Virus record (IMG/VR): IMGVR_UViG_3300050821_002136 | Span: 44,278-108,277 of that record | Reading direction: 5' to 3' (one strand) | Source of the DNA: a virus | Length of the DNA stretch: 64,000 nucleotides | Shown: one piece after another, positions 48,450-57,141 of the stretch | How the letters are laid out: each line of letters begins with the position of its first letter | Position numbering within the stretch: position 1 is the stretch's first letter | Translations under genes and position numbers: made by a program | The notes under the pieces: generated by a model | Database searches by the model: none | The model's input: only the letters and a program-made list of their open reading frames with translations | Told to the model about the DNA's origin: nothing

Positions 48450-49499
48450 TTAGCCTAGCACAGTCGTTCTATTCCAAGTTGCCTCGAACAGCACAAGGTC
48501 AGAAAGTACCTGTACAGGCATGATCTGACTAGCTGTCAGCTCCACTCCTGCTGGAGTGAAGATCTGCAGCGCGTCATTAACTGGACTATAGTGGTACTGG
48601 TACCCACCGACAAGTAGAGGAACAACAACGTCTTCTCCGAAGACCTCACAACGCAAGAAGCCGTTGAAATCTACCGTACGCTGGTCTGCAAACAACATCA
48701 GTCCCATAGGAATACCTCCTACAGTGTAACCACCGGGGGAGAAGGTAACGATTCCCCAAGCTTTGATAGTTTTCCCCGTGATATCCGGGAAACACAATTC
48801 AGACAGGGTAATCGTAGAGGCTGTCGAGGATGTTGTGGCAGCTGCTGCGGGTGAAGTGGCAGTGTTGCCAGTTGTTCCCGAGAAAGTGACCGCTCCATTC
48901 AAAGCGAGCAAGCGTCCTGTAACGTTCGCATTGTCATTTACCGTGATAGAGGTATTAGCGATAGTGTCGCCCTTCACTACAGCAGTGGTACCATACGTAG
49001 ACGAAGAGCCAACCAGCCAAATGACGTTTCTCGCCAGTGCTCCACCTGTAAGAAGAACAGTAGATCCGTTGTTAAGGGTCAATGTGCTTCCAATTTGGAA
49101 GATAAACTGAGCATTAGGATTGCCCTGAGCGTTCAAGGTTACCGTTCCTCCCACTGACAAGTCCAAAGAAGTAGCAGCTTTGTAAACTCCGGGAGTAAAT
49201 GTCTGTCCAGCAAGGTTTCCTACGATGGGAACACCACCGGGGAGAGCTTGGTAGAAGTTATAAGCAGCAGTGGCGTCAGTCTGTGCTTGCTGTGATGCAC
49301 TGTCAGGTCCGTGGATTGTAAACGGCGCTGCCACTGTGGATGGCGGAAAGTTGGTAACAGCGGACACGGCTGTTGGGTAAATACCAACGTTTCCACCGAC
49401 AACTGATGTTCCAGTTCCGGCTTGTCCTGTTACTGCGGTTGCGGCTAAGACTTCAAAATTTGCCGCTGTTGCTAGTTCTTGATCAATGGGTATTGCCAT
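48450..49499 (-). CDS. DUF3494 ice-binding (IBP-1 fold) domain fused to a putative virion-decoration domain
   Basis: FEVLAATAVT, GNVGIYP, QAQTDATAAYN, LAGQTFTPGVY, LNAQGNPNAQFIFQIGSTL, NVIWLVGSS, GRLLALNGAVT; no signal peptide. Confidence 0.9.
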   Translation of the reverse strand: MAIPIDQELATAANFEVLAATAVTGQAGTGTSVVGGNVGIYPTAVSAVTNFPPSTVAAPFTIHGPDSASQQAQTDATAAYNFYQALPGGVPIVGNLAGQTFTPGVYKAATSLDLSVGGTVTLNAQGNPNAQFIFQIGSTLTLNNGSTVLLTGGALARNVIWLVGSSSTYGTTAVVKGDTIANTSITVNDNANVTGRLLALNGAVTFSGTTGNTATSPAAAATTSSTASTITLSELCFPDITGKTIKAWGIVTFSPGGYTVGGIPMGLMLFADQRTVDFNGFLRCEVFGEDVVVPLLVGGYQYHYSPVNDALQIFTPAGVELTASQIMPVQVLSDLVLFEATWNRTTVLG

Positions 49500-49543
49500 A
49501 AAAATTTCTCATTTCCCCGTCAAAACGGATACAATTAGTTTTG

Positions 49544-49831
49544 CTACAATGCCGACACTAAGGTGCCGTCAAACTTTTTAAACTTCCTACGAGTGTTCGC
49601 CTTAAAGCCCATGCTGAGCCTTTCTCGTTCGGCAGCAGTCGTTACTCGTATCTGCCCTGCTTGTCCAACTCTGCGTTTCTTGAACTCTGCTGCATTTATA
49701 TTGCTCAGAGTTTCTCGGTATATGTTGCGAAATGACAACACCTGATAATTGCTTCGCAAGTAGTGCCATTGAGCAAACACAAGTTTTTGTTGGCGTTTGT
49801 TTAGTAGTTTTTTCTCCTCTTCCTGAGTCAT
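49544..49831 (-). CDS. Basic hypothetical protein
   Basis: Start overlaps the upstream stop; AAGGAAGG RBS. Confidence 0.6.
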   Translation of the reverse strand: MTQEEEKKLLNKRQQKLVFAQWHYLRSNYQVLSFRNIYRETLSNINAAEFKKRRVGQAGQIRVTTAAERERLSMGFKANTRRKFKKFDGTLVSAL

Positions 49832-50553
49832 TACAAACCTTCCTTGAATACTTTGTGAAATTCTCTCAGAATCACGTCTGTACCCGTGGCGTGGAAGCCT
49901 GACCAATTAAGATAGATGCACGCTGCAAAGTAGTTTTCTACAGGTCTCCTTACGGGTGGTGAGGGCCTGATCGGTGCCCTTAAGGGACGCCTTGGAGGAG
50001 GTGGTTTTTCTCCCAGATGCAGAAAGTACCTAGGATCACTAGTCAAAAATATGTTTTGATAGTGAAGCACACTAGATACCCATGCCTCATCGTTACCGTG
50101 CTCATGACTGTGCAGGGCTCCTGCTCGTCCTGGTAAAGGCGCGTTTATGATCAACTCCATAGCACGCCTGCTGAGTACGTAAAAGAATCCCCAAGGTGTT
50201 TTTATTTCGCCAACTTTACAGCCGGGGTCTTGCCAGCCCGAAAAGTCTGCTCGATGGAATCCTGCGTACCACTGACTGGGCTTGCAAATGACATCGTCGT
50301 CTACTTTTGCGGCATAGTCATAGCCGTTTTCATACGCCCACCTCATTACTGCTTGAACCTTCTCGGGCAACTCTAGATAAGCGTCTCCGCAATCCAAGAA
50401 CACTTCATCTGGTAAGGGGTCACGGGTGGCACCTCTTCCTCGGAAGAACCTTAAGTCTACCTCAGCAGGAACCAAAGGTGCCCATGTGCTACGTATGGCG
50501 TCTGAAAACTCTTCCCGGCTGTGGCAATTGATAACTGCTAATAGCACTTTCAC
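49831..50553 (-). CDS. GT-A glycosyltransferase, GT31/Fringe-galactosyltransferase-like
   Basis: IRSTW, DAYLELPEKV, KVDDD, GFFYVLS, NDEAWV. Confidence 0.85.
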   Translation of the reverse strand: MKVLLAVINCHSREEFSDAIRSTWAPLVPAEVDLRFFRGRGATRDPLPDEVFLDCGDAYLELPEKVQAVMRWAYENGYDYAAKVDDDVICKPSQWYAGFHRADFSGWQDPGCKVGEIKTPWGFFYVLSRRAMELIINAPLPGRAGALHSHEHGNDEAWVSSVLHYQNIFLTSDPRYFLHLGEKPPPPRRPLRAPIRPSPPVRRPVENYFAACIYLNWSGFHATGTDVILREFHKVFKEGL

Positions 50554-51613
50554 GTCCTGGTCTCCTGAGGGCTCTGCGTTCTACGGGTAGATTCTTGGCC
50601 ATTTCCTCGTTGTATTTTTTGTACTCCTCCAAGAGGTTTGCATCCTCCTTTAAGATTGTACGGTATTTAAATTCAAACAAAGACTTAATGTCCCAATCAC
50701 GATCATATCCATGCACGATTGAGAACACTTTGCCCTTAGGTTTGTCTACACACTCTATTCCTTGTAGAGGGTGGGATAGAGACTCTATCCTTAGACGACG
50801 GTTCTTCCCCCAAATAGGGTTGAACACAATCATGGAGTTGGTTATCTCTGGCACAGTACCTGCATGCAGTGTGCATGTGTTTATGTCCAACACAGGATGA
50901 GTGTCTCTCATGTAAGGCCAACACGGTACACGCCAGGGGCTCCAACAAGGGTGCAAACAAGCTGCAAAGCCTTCAGACCACCTAGGAATGCGCAATACAT
51001 CTTTTAGCATACTGTGCATCACATAGTTAATCCAAATTTGACAGGGAGGGTGTCCCCCTGTGTACGTTTTACAACCGAGGTGGACTTGGTGAAAAACCTC
51101 AGTCATAGACTCTGCTTCTCCTGCCCAGGTACCTCCATTGATTACTTCACAGTCCTTTATTTCTTGATACTTCTTTGCTCCCAAAATGCTAATAGCCCAC
51201 AATTGGTTAGTTTCTTCTTGCTCTATGGTAACGCACTCGGTTGATCCTATGAGCTTAGCATTACCTATACTATTCTCCATCCAATCGCTGGGGTTACTTT
51301 GTAGAATCAAGTCCTTAACGTCAAGCCAAAATATGTACCTGAATTCTTTGTAGTGATCCCTTAGGTATTCCCAACACACCCTCATGCGAGCGTGAAAAAA
51401 AGGCTCTTTAGGAGTAGGCAAATCTATTAGTTCAAAACCGTGTAAAAGAAGTGCAGACCTAGTTGTTGGATGAATACCCCACACTAGCATAACTTTCCTG
51501 CCGGTAAATCCAGCACGCTTTATGCTCTCTAGGTAAGATTCTACGCCTCCCGGTCGGCTGCGTTCCCACTGACTTCCTAAAACACCTAAAACCAAATCAT
51601 GCGTCTTGTCCAC
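50489..51613 (-). CDS. GT-A glycosyltransferase (DxxD, NGG, HGYDR)
   Basis: FFHARM, WLDVKDLILQSNP, VINGGTWAG, IVHGYDR. Confidence 0.8.
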   Translation of the reverse strand: MDKTHDLVLGVLGSQWERSRPGGVESYLESIKRAGFTGRKVMLVWGIHPTTRSALLLHGFELIDLPTPKEPFFHARMRVCWEYLRDHYKEFRYIFWLDVKDLILQSNPSDWMENSIGNAKLIGSTECVTIEQEETNQLWAISILGAKKYQEIKDCEVINGGTWAGEAESMTEVFHQVHLGCKTYTGGHPPCQIWINYVMHSMLKDVLRIPRWSEGFAACLHPCWSPWRVPCWPYMRDTHPVLDINTCTLHAGTVPEITNSMIVFNPIWGKNRRLRIESLSHPLQGIECVDKPKGKVFSIVHGYDRDWDIKSLFEFKYRTILKEDANLLEEYKKYNEEMAKNLPVERRALRRPGRESAISSYQLPQPGRVFRRHT

Positions 51614-52478
51614 TGAGTCTTCTTTCTGGCAATAAAGAGTCATACAGCTTCCAGCCCTCGTACTGCGGTGTAAAGCTCAACTCTTTCAACTTTGTCACAT
51701 CCATGTAAAACGAAGCTACAGGCACCTTTTTCTGAAATTCAGTTGGCTCCTTGTAAGTGATGTTCCCTGAGGAGTTCATACGATATTTGGCATGCTCTAA
51801 AATCTCTTTGTAGTACCAAGTCTTTCCACAACCGATGTTGTAGATCTCATTGACTGCTCCTTTGCACATCACGGTCTCTACGGCTCGCACGCAATCCTCA
51901 ACATGCATGAAATCTCGGTAAAACCGACCGTCTCCGAACAACTCTACGTCTTTGCCCTCGGCCAACAAGTTGATCGAATGCTGTAGGACGTTCTTCTTGG
52001 GAGAAACCTTGGTGTCCCCAGGCCCTACGATGTTAGCAAATCTAAGAACTCTATAGTTAAGCCCGAAGGTCTCACAGTAAGAAATAAGGAGCTGTTCCGC
52101 GCAGCGTTTGGTGATGATGTAGAATCCCTTAGGATCACATGGGGCGTCTTCGGAAACCGGGAGGTCCTTTTGGTTCCCATAAACTGACCACGAACTGATG
52201 AGGTTGAACACGCCCTTCTTCCCAGTTCTTTCTTGATACCTTTTCCAGTTCTCCAAAACTTTTACAAGCAGGCTCAAGTTTGTGTCAATGTCAAGGTGAG
52301 GGTTGTCGAATACGCTGTAGTTGTGAACAGTGCTTATTAAATGAAGCACGTCTGGGCTATAGACTTCGTAGTCCAGGCGCTCGTTGATGCTTGAGATGTT
52401 TCCTATGGCATGATGATAGTACGCAAGCACATACGCGCTGCCCACAAAACCGTGCCCTCCCAAAATAGTTAAGCTCAC
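51597..52478 (-). CDS. NAD-dependent nucleotide-sugar epimerase/dehydratase (extended SDR)
   Basis: GGHGFVG, SSWSVYG, YIITK (YxxxK), RDFMHVED. Confidence 0.93.
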   Translation of the reverse strand: MSLTILGGHGFVGSAYVLAYYHHAIGNISSINERLDYEVYSPDVLHLISTVHNYSVFDNPHLDIDTNLSLLVKVLENWKRYQERTGKKGVFNLISSWSVYGNQKDLPVSEDAPCDPKGFYIITKRCAEQLLISYCETFGLNYRVLRFANIVGPGDTKVSPKKNVLQHSINLLAEGKDVELFGDGRFYRDFMHVEDCVRAVETVMCKGAVNEIYNIGCGKTWYYKEILEHAKYRMNSSGNITYKEPTEFQKKVPVASFYMDVTKLKELSFTPQYEGWKLYDSLLPERRLSGQDA

Positions 52479-53149
52479 CTGAGTCTCCTAAACGTTCTCT
52501 TCTCTGCAGAGTTTTGGGCCTTGTAGGCTTTGTACTTTCTGTTCTTCTGGTCTGCCCATGTCTCAACCATCATTTCCGGCCGATATCCTTTGAAGTACCA
52601 TGCTCGGACGCTGGACAAATGAAAGGTGATAGTGTGGTCGTCCATCACATCCCCAGGACAGAATTTGAATCTTGGGTCTGCGTGGAGTTCTATGCCCTTC
52701 CCTAGAAGTATACGAGCAATATGTACGTCTTCCTCAAACCCCGGGGCTCCCCCAGCATCTACTACGTACTGCATGGCTTTTCTAGAGAGGATATAGCCAG
52801 CTCCTCCTGAGGCGAAGAAGGAATTGGCTCCTCCGACCCAATCGTAGGCTTCGAAACCACTCGCTAGGAGTAGCCTAGGGCGTACCAGGGTGTCCAGGTC
52901 GCACTTGAAGACGAATTCGTAGCCCTGTTCCAATGCCCATGCGTAGAGGGCAACGGTTTTATTCGTGAGGCTATCAAATCCGTCTTCAACCTTGAGAAAT
53001 ACTTCATCGTGCGCTAAGTTGACCTCAGGGTTACCAAGGAAAAACCTGAGGTCAACCTCAGGGGGAATGTCCTTCCCCCACGTAGACTGGATCACCTCCT
53101 CGTACTGCTTAAGAGAATGGCAACTAGGTACGGCTATTAAGACTTTCAT
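52475..53149 (-). CDS. GT31/Fringe-like glycosyltransferase (paralog of 49831-50553)
   Basis: IQSTW, KCDLDT, SGGAGYILS, EEDVHI. Confidence 0.85.
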   Translation of the reverse strand: MKVLIAVPSCHSLKQYEEVIQSTWGKDIPPEVDLRFFLGNPEVNLAHDEVFLKVEDGFDSLTNKTVALYAWALEQGYEFVFKCDLDTLVRPRLLLASGFEAYDWVGGANSFFASGGAGYILSRKAMQYVVDAGGAPGFEEDVHIARILLGKGIELHADPRFKFCPGDVMDDHTITFHLSSVRAWYFKGYRPEMMVETWADQKNRKYKAYKAQNSAEKRTFRRLR

Positions 53150-53334
53150 TTTTCGTCTTCTTTATTGCAATTTCTAGCGTGATAGTCGTCGGCCACAGCT
53201 CTTCCTACGACCCACCCCTGCAACGCTGTAGCCATGGCCACGTACTGTCCAGTCAACAACCCTTTGAGGGCCAAGACGAAGCTGGTGATTGTAAAAAATG
53301 CTGCGAATGCTGTGGATCTACTGAGCCATTTCAT
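53146..53334 (-). CDS. Small two-TM protein (holin-like)
   Basis: SRSTAF-type start, two hydrophobic segments, charged tail. Confidence 0.6.
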   Translation of the reverse strand: MKWLSRSTAFAAFFTITSFVLALKGLLTGQYVAMATALQGWVVGRAVADDYHARNCNKEDEK

Positions 53335-53343
53335 GGTTTCCTC

Positions 53344-54738
53344 TTAAGGGGTAGCGTTTTCAAGGTAATTGTATTCAAATGTCCCTTTTACTAATGACGC
53401 TACGCCGTCTGATATGGATACGGCATGAGATGCTCCACGCGATGCATTAGCAGGAAGATCCGAATCCGTAGTTCCTCCACCTCCTCCTGCGTTATTATTC
53501 AACCACCAAACCAAATCACAATTAGCAACAGGAAGATGGGTGTTAGAAGAGCAAACGGAGACACCATTGATGAACAAAGTTGCAACGCCGTTATCGAGAA
53601 TGATCTCAAACTGATATCTTTGTGCGGTAACGATAGGTACCCCGGAATCTACCGACGTAACTACGCCTGCCAGAGAAGTGAACAAAAACCAATTCCCTGG
53701 GGATATATTGGCAACTTTGTGGACACCAATGCAGCATGAATCAAGTGTACGAGGGTCTACTGTACCACTCCCAAGGGAGTTAGAGAAACCTACAATGTAG
53801 TCACCAGCAGCCGTGTTAGCATTTTGGTCATAGTTAACAGTACCTTTACAAACGGTCCTTCTACCTGGAAAAGCAAAAGTCCTGTTTCCATAATAAATTC
53901 TACCCGTAGAAGTTGACCCGATAGTCAATGCGTCTAATATGGCTAAGTGGTGAGTAGGATCAGACGAGAATGCTTGCCATAAAACGAAACTTGCTTTGTC
54001 AGGTTGCGGAATAGTGTCAGAAGCAATTGTCACATTACCAGAACCATCTTGTACAATGGTTACGTTGTCTCCATTTGCCAAATTAAGCAATGTTTGGCTT
54101 CCATTGAGAATTCCGTTGGTCTTAAGAGTAATGCCTGGACTTGAGTTTATTGTTACTCCACCAACTCCGTCATCTACAATTGTTATGGCCGTTCCGTTTT
54201 TCAAGTTCAGAAGTGCTTGGCTTCCATTGGCAATTCCATTGGTCTTCAAAACCAAACTGGGAGGAGGAGCAGGAGCTGTTGCACTTATGGTGACATTTCC
54301 AAAGTTATCTGGAGTCAGTATAACGTTAGGTCCTTGTTGTAAATTGAACAACATCTGGTTGAACAAGGGAGATCCGTTAACTTCGAGAAGCAAGGTAGTA
54401 CCTAAGGTAGACCCTACGTTTCCTATGGATTGATCAATGTAGAACTGTTGAAGTTTTCCGCCAAAGAAGATGGCCACGGTGTACAACCCAGGAAGGACAT
54501 AAAAATCGTAGTGACCGAAGCCGTCTGTAATGACTGGCTGAGCAAGTGTAGTAAATCCCGCATCCGAGTACACCTGGACCTGTGGGTTAGGTGTGAATGG
54601 GACAGGGAGTGTCCTAGGAGGCGTCATCGGAGGAGTCACATTTGCAGGTTGATTTAGCACGTATACTTGTGCTCCAGATACAGCTTGGCCGCTCACAAGT
54701 TTCACCCAGCCATCTGACCTATAAAAATTCAATGCCAT
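53344..54738 (-). CDS. Tail fibre/spike with carboxypeptidase-regulatory-like anchor, internal repeats and a C-terminal lectin-like domain
   Basis: RSDGWVK..GQA..GAQ.YV..TDGFGHYDFY; three LxxNG....Q.L.NL..G..V repeats. Confidence 0.8.
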   Translation of the reverse strand: MALNFYRSDGWVKLVSGQAVSGAQVYVLNQPANVTPPMTPPRTLPVPFTPNPQVQVYSDAGFTTLAQPVITDGFGHYDFYVLPGLYTVAIFFGGKLQQFYIDQSIGNVGSTLGTTLLLEVNGSPLFNQMLFNLQQGPNVILTPDNFGNVTISATAPAPPPSLVLKTNGIANGSQALLNLKNGTAITIVDDGVGGVTINSSPGITLKTNGILNGSQTLLNLANGDNVTIVQDGSGNVTIASDTIPQPDKASFVLWQAFSSDPTHHLAILDALTIGSTSTGRIYYGNRTFAFPGRRTVCKGTVNYDQNANTAAGDYIVGFSNSLGSGTVDPRTLDSCCIGVHKVANISPGNWFLFTSLAGVVTSVDSGVPIVTAQRYQFEIILDNGVATLFINGVSVCSSNTHLPVANCDLVWWLNNNAGGGGGTTDSDLPANASRGASHAVSISDGVASLVKGTFEYNYLENATP

Positions 54739-54748
54739 GACTTCTCCT

Positions 54749-55189
54749 TTACCAAGTAGCTATGCCTACGCGCTTCCATGTATTAGGTGCTATGCAGATG
54801 TAGATGAAATTGGAATCCCAAGTCACGGTTCCAGCATCGCCTGTGTCGCTTGAAGTCGATGGGGCATCACTAGGCACGATCAGAGCCTCACCAGTAGCTC
54901 CCATAGGGATTTGGTCTGCATAGAGCTGCTGAAGTTTTCCTTGGTTAACAACTACGATGGTATAGGGAATTCCCGAGGCTGCATAGAAGTCATAGTGCCC
55001 AAAGCCGTCTGTGCTTATAGGTTGTGTTATTGGGAACATTCCTGCTGGATCAGAGAATACCGTAGCTAATGGGATAGGCGGGAGAAAAGTCGCATCGGCA
55101 GGTTGTAGACACACGTAAATCTGAGCCCCAGCTATGGCTTGGCCTAGGACGCTTTTGACCCATCCATCACTTCTAAAAAATGTAGCCAT
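54749..55189 (-). CDS. Short virion protein sharing the anchor domain of 53344-54738
   Basis: Same N-terminal domain; C-terminal WDSNFIYICIAPNTWKR fibre motif. Confidence 0.75.
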   Translation of the reverse strand: MATFFRSDGWVKSVLGQAIAGAQIYVCLQPADATFLPPIPLATVFSDPAGMFPITQPISTDGFGHYDFYAASGIPYTIVVVNQGKLQQLYADQIPMGATGEALIVPSDAPSTSSDTGDAGTVTWDSNFIYICIAPNTWKRVGIATW

Positions 55190-55197
55190 GCGTTCTC

Positions 55198-56214
55198 CTA
55201 TGAATTGTAGTACGGTACCTTCACGGCTGTGCCTGCGACATTTATGATGAGATACCCAACAGGTGTCGCAGGAGGAGCCGAGGCCCCACCAGCCGCTCCA
55301 ACTGTTGCTGATGTCGTCGATCCTAGGCCCACCTGAGCAACTGCTACGGTGGGTGCTGCTGTAGACAATGTCGTGTTGCCGAGTTTCAAAGAACCAGAAA
55401 TGTCACCAGCAGTTCCATTGCCCAGTAACAATACTCCCGCGCTAGGATTTTGAAATGCCACTTGAGCGACGTTACCGACTCCGTCTCCTGATATAAACCC
55501 TAAGTATTGAATGGCTGTGGTATCTTTGTTAATATTGTTTACCCACATGCTCAGACGGGAAACATTTCCATTTATGTCATTGTTGTCGGTACTTGAGTTC
55601 CACCTAAAAACTTCATTAAGATTAGTAGTGCCTGCGGCACACGCAAAAAGGGCCACTGTACAATTGTGATTAGTAGGCGTCCACGCCGTTCCAATTTGTG
55701 TCCACAGCTGAGACCCGACAGCGTAAGTACTGCTATCATATCCCTCGAAAGAAAGATATCCAAGTTGACCACCTTGGGGAACCCCAAGTGGAGTGGTCTG
55801 TGTGCCGCCCGACCGATTTAAAGAGACTGTGGGTGCTCTAAAATTTGTATTAGAGTGCGTAAACACCTCAATGCCTTGGGCAAAGTTGTTGTGAATTTCT
55901 AGCTCTGCCGCCCCTCCCGAACGGGCTGTCAGCATCAAACCTCCACCGCTTATGGGATTACCGAGCGGCGTTCCTATGGCTAGTGTCGGACCTGTACCCG
56001 AGTTGGTGTTGTCAAGAATCAATTCTTCTGTTGTCCCTGCTACCGTCTGGGTTGCGGTTGGATTAGAAGAAATGAATGGGCCTGGAGTACTACCAATGGC
56101 TGCATCTATAATCTCAAAGTTATTCCCCGTTGTGAGGCTCATATTTTTAAGAGCCAACTTGAGATTAGGAGTGACGGGATCGTCCCCTCCTGGGTAAAGT
56201 GTAATCGGTGCCAT
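55198..56214 (-). CDS. Fibre/virion accessory protein (paralog of 23233-23877)
   Basis: Shared termini; central RSGGT..TP......G.LG.L.F.GYD motif. Confidence 0.75.
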   Translation of the reverse strand: MAPITLYPGGDDPVTPNLKLALKNMSLTTGNNFEIIDAAIGSTPGPFISSNPTATQTVAGTTEELILDNTNSGTGPTLAIGTPLGNPISGGGLMLTARSGGAAELEIHNNFAQGIEVFTHSNTNFRAPTVSLNRSGGTQTTPLGVPQGGQLGYLSFEGYDSSTYAVGSQLWTQIGTAWTPTNHNCTVALFACAAGTTNLNEVFRWNSSTDNNDINGNVSRLSMWVNNINKDTTAIQYLGFISGDGVGNVAQVAFQNPSAGVLLLGNGTAGDISGSLKLGNTTLSTAAPTVAVAQVGLGSTTSATVGAAGGASAPPATPVGYLIINVAGTAVKVPYYNS

Positions 56215-56223
56215 GTGTTCTCC

Positions 56224-57078
56224 TTATTGCCATCCAAGGAACCAGTTGTTGGTGTCTGTGTTCCCGTAGCTTCCGTAGGGTTGTCTAGTGTACGTTATGC
56301 TTTGTGCTCGTCTTGTTGTAGCATTCTTGAGCTGGAACATCTGATTATTTGCTTCCGTGATGAGATCGGGTAACCCAGGGGACCCCAGCATGCGGGCGTA
56401 CATCACCGCAACTTTGTACGCTACGGCATCGGTGCAGTCAATGATCGGCACGAAGGTAGATGTGAAGTCCAATGTAGGACTGAAAAATGTTGGGAGAGAC
56501 CCGTAGTGTCGCAATCTGATGTCTCTGGTCTGTGTGCTGCCCACCATGTTCAGGTTGTAGTTTCTCCACTCCCAATCAACTAACGTGGGTTGCTGAGGAC
56601 GAGATGGTAGACCGAATTGCGACTGTGTCATTGGCGTGAAGCTGTTGTTGGTGCCGTTCTGCCTCTCCCACACGCGCTCCAGGTACAGCATATTGCTAGG
56701 GAGGGCCAGGAGAGAGTTGATAGTCTGTCCATCGAAGTATCCGCCCTGGGAAACAAACACCTGAGTAGCGGGATCTGGATTACCTAGGCCGTTAGCGCCG
56801 TTAATTGGGGTCAATCCAAAGATGTTCACATTGTCAAAAATAAGGGCTGGGTCTCCAACGTTGCGAAGCTCTCTATAGAGGGCTCGGATAGCTGAGTTCA
56901 AGAACGGCAGTGTAAATGGGGAGACCGCAGGATTATCTGTGATGATCTGTCCCTCTCCCGGGGTTCCTGTAAGCCCTGCTTGGGTATCGTTCACGAGACT
57001 TCTTACGAGATCCATGATGACGGAAAAGGAGGTATCAGTGCCTGACGTTGGGTTCAGATTAATGGTAGGTGACGACAT
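56224..57078 (-). CDS. Tail tubular protein A / head-tail adaptor (putative)
   Basis: VRSLVND..FLNSAIRAL..LPSNML; position between head and tail genes. Confidence 0.65.
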   Translation of the reverse strand: MSSPTINLNPTSGTDTSFSVIMDLVRSLVNDTQAGLTGTPGEGQIITDNPAVSPFTLPFLNSAIRALYRELRNVGDPALIFDNVNIFGLTPINGANGLGNPDPATQVFVSQGGYFDGQTINSLLALPSNMLYLERVWERQNGTNNSFTPMTQSQFGLPSRPQQPTLVDWEWRNYNLNMVGSTQTRDIRLRHYGSLPTFFSPTLDFTSTFVPIIDCTDAVAYKVAVMYARMLGSPGLPDLITEANNQMFQLKNATTRRAQSITYTRQPYGSYGNTDTNNWFLGWQ

Positions 57079-57091
57079 GAAACTCTCCTAT

Positions 57092-57130
57092 AAACACGAA
57101 TAGGCCCCTACGCTGTTCACGTAGGGACCT
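57092..57130 (-). terminator. Intrinsic terminator-like hairpin
   Basis: AGGTCCCTACG-loop-CGTAGGGGCCT followed by ATTCGTGTTT. Confidence 0.65.
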
Positions 57131-57141
57131 TAGATATTACA

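Noticed and set aside
49831-53149. Glycosyltransferases as DNA-hypermodification enzymes
   Set aside because: No base hydroxymethylase or similar in the window, and both location and GT31-like family favour protein or surface substrates; not fully excluded
23233-56214. Diversity-generating retroelement or invertible fibre switch
   Set aside because: No reverse transcriptase or invertase seen; paralog differences are synonymous rather than adenine-specific; copies share the same orientation
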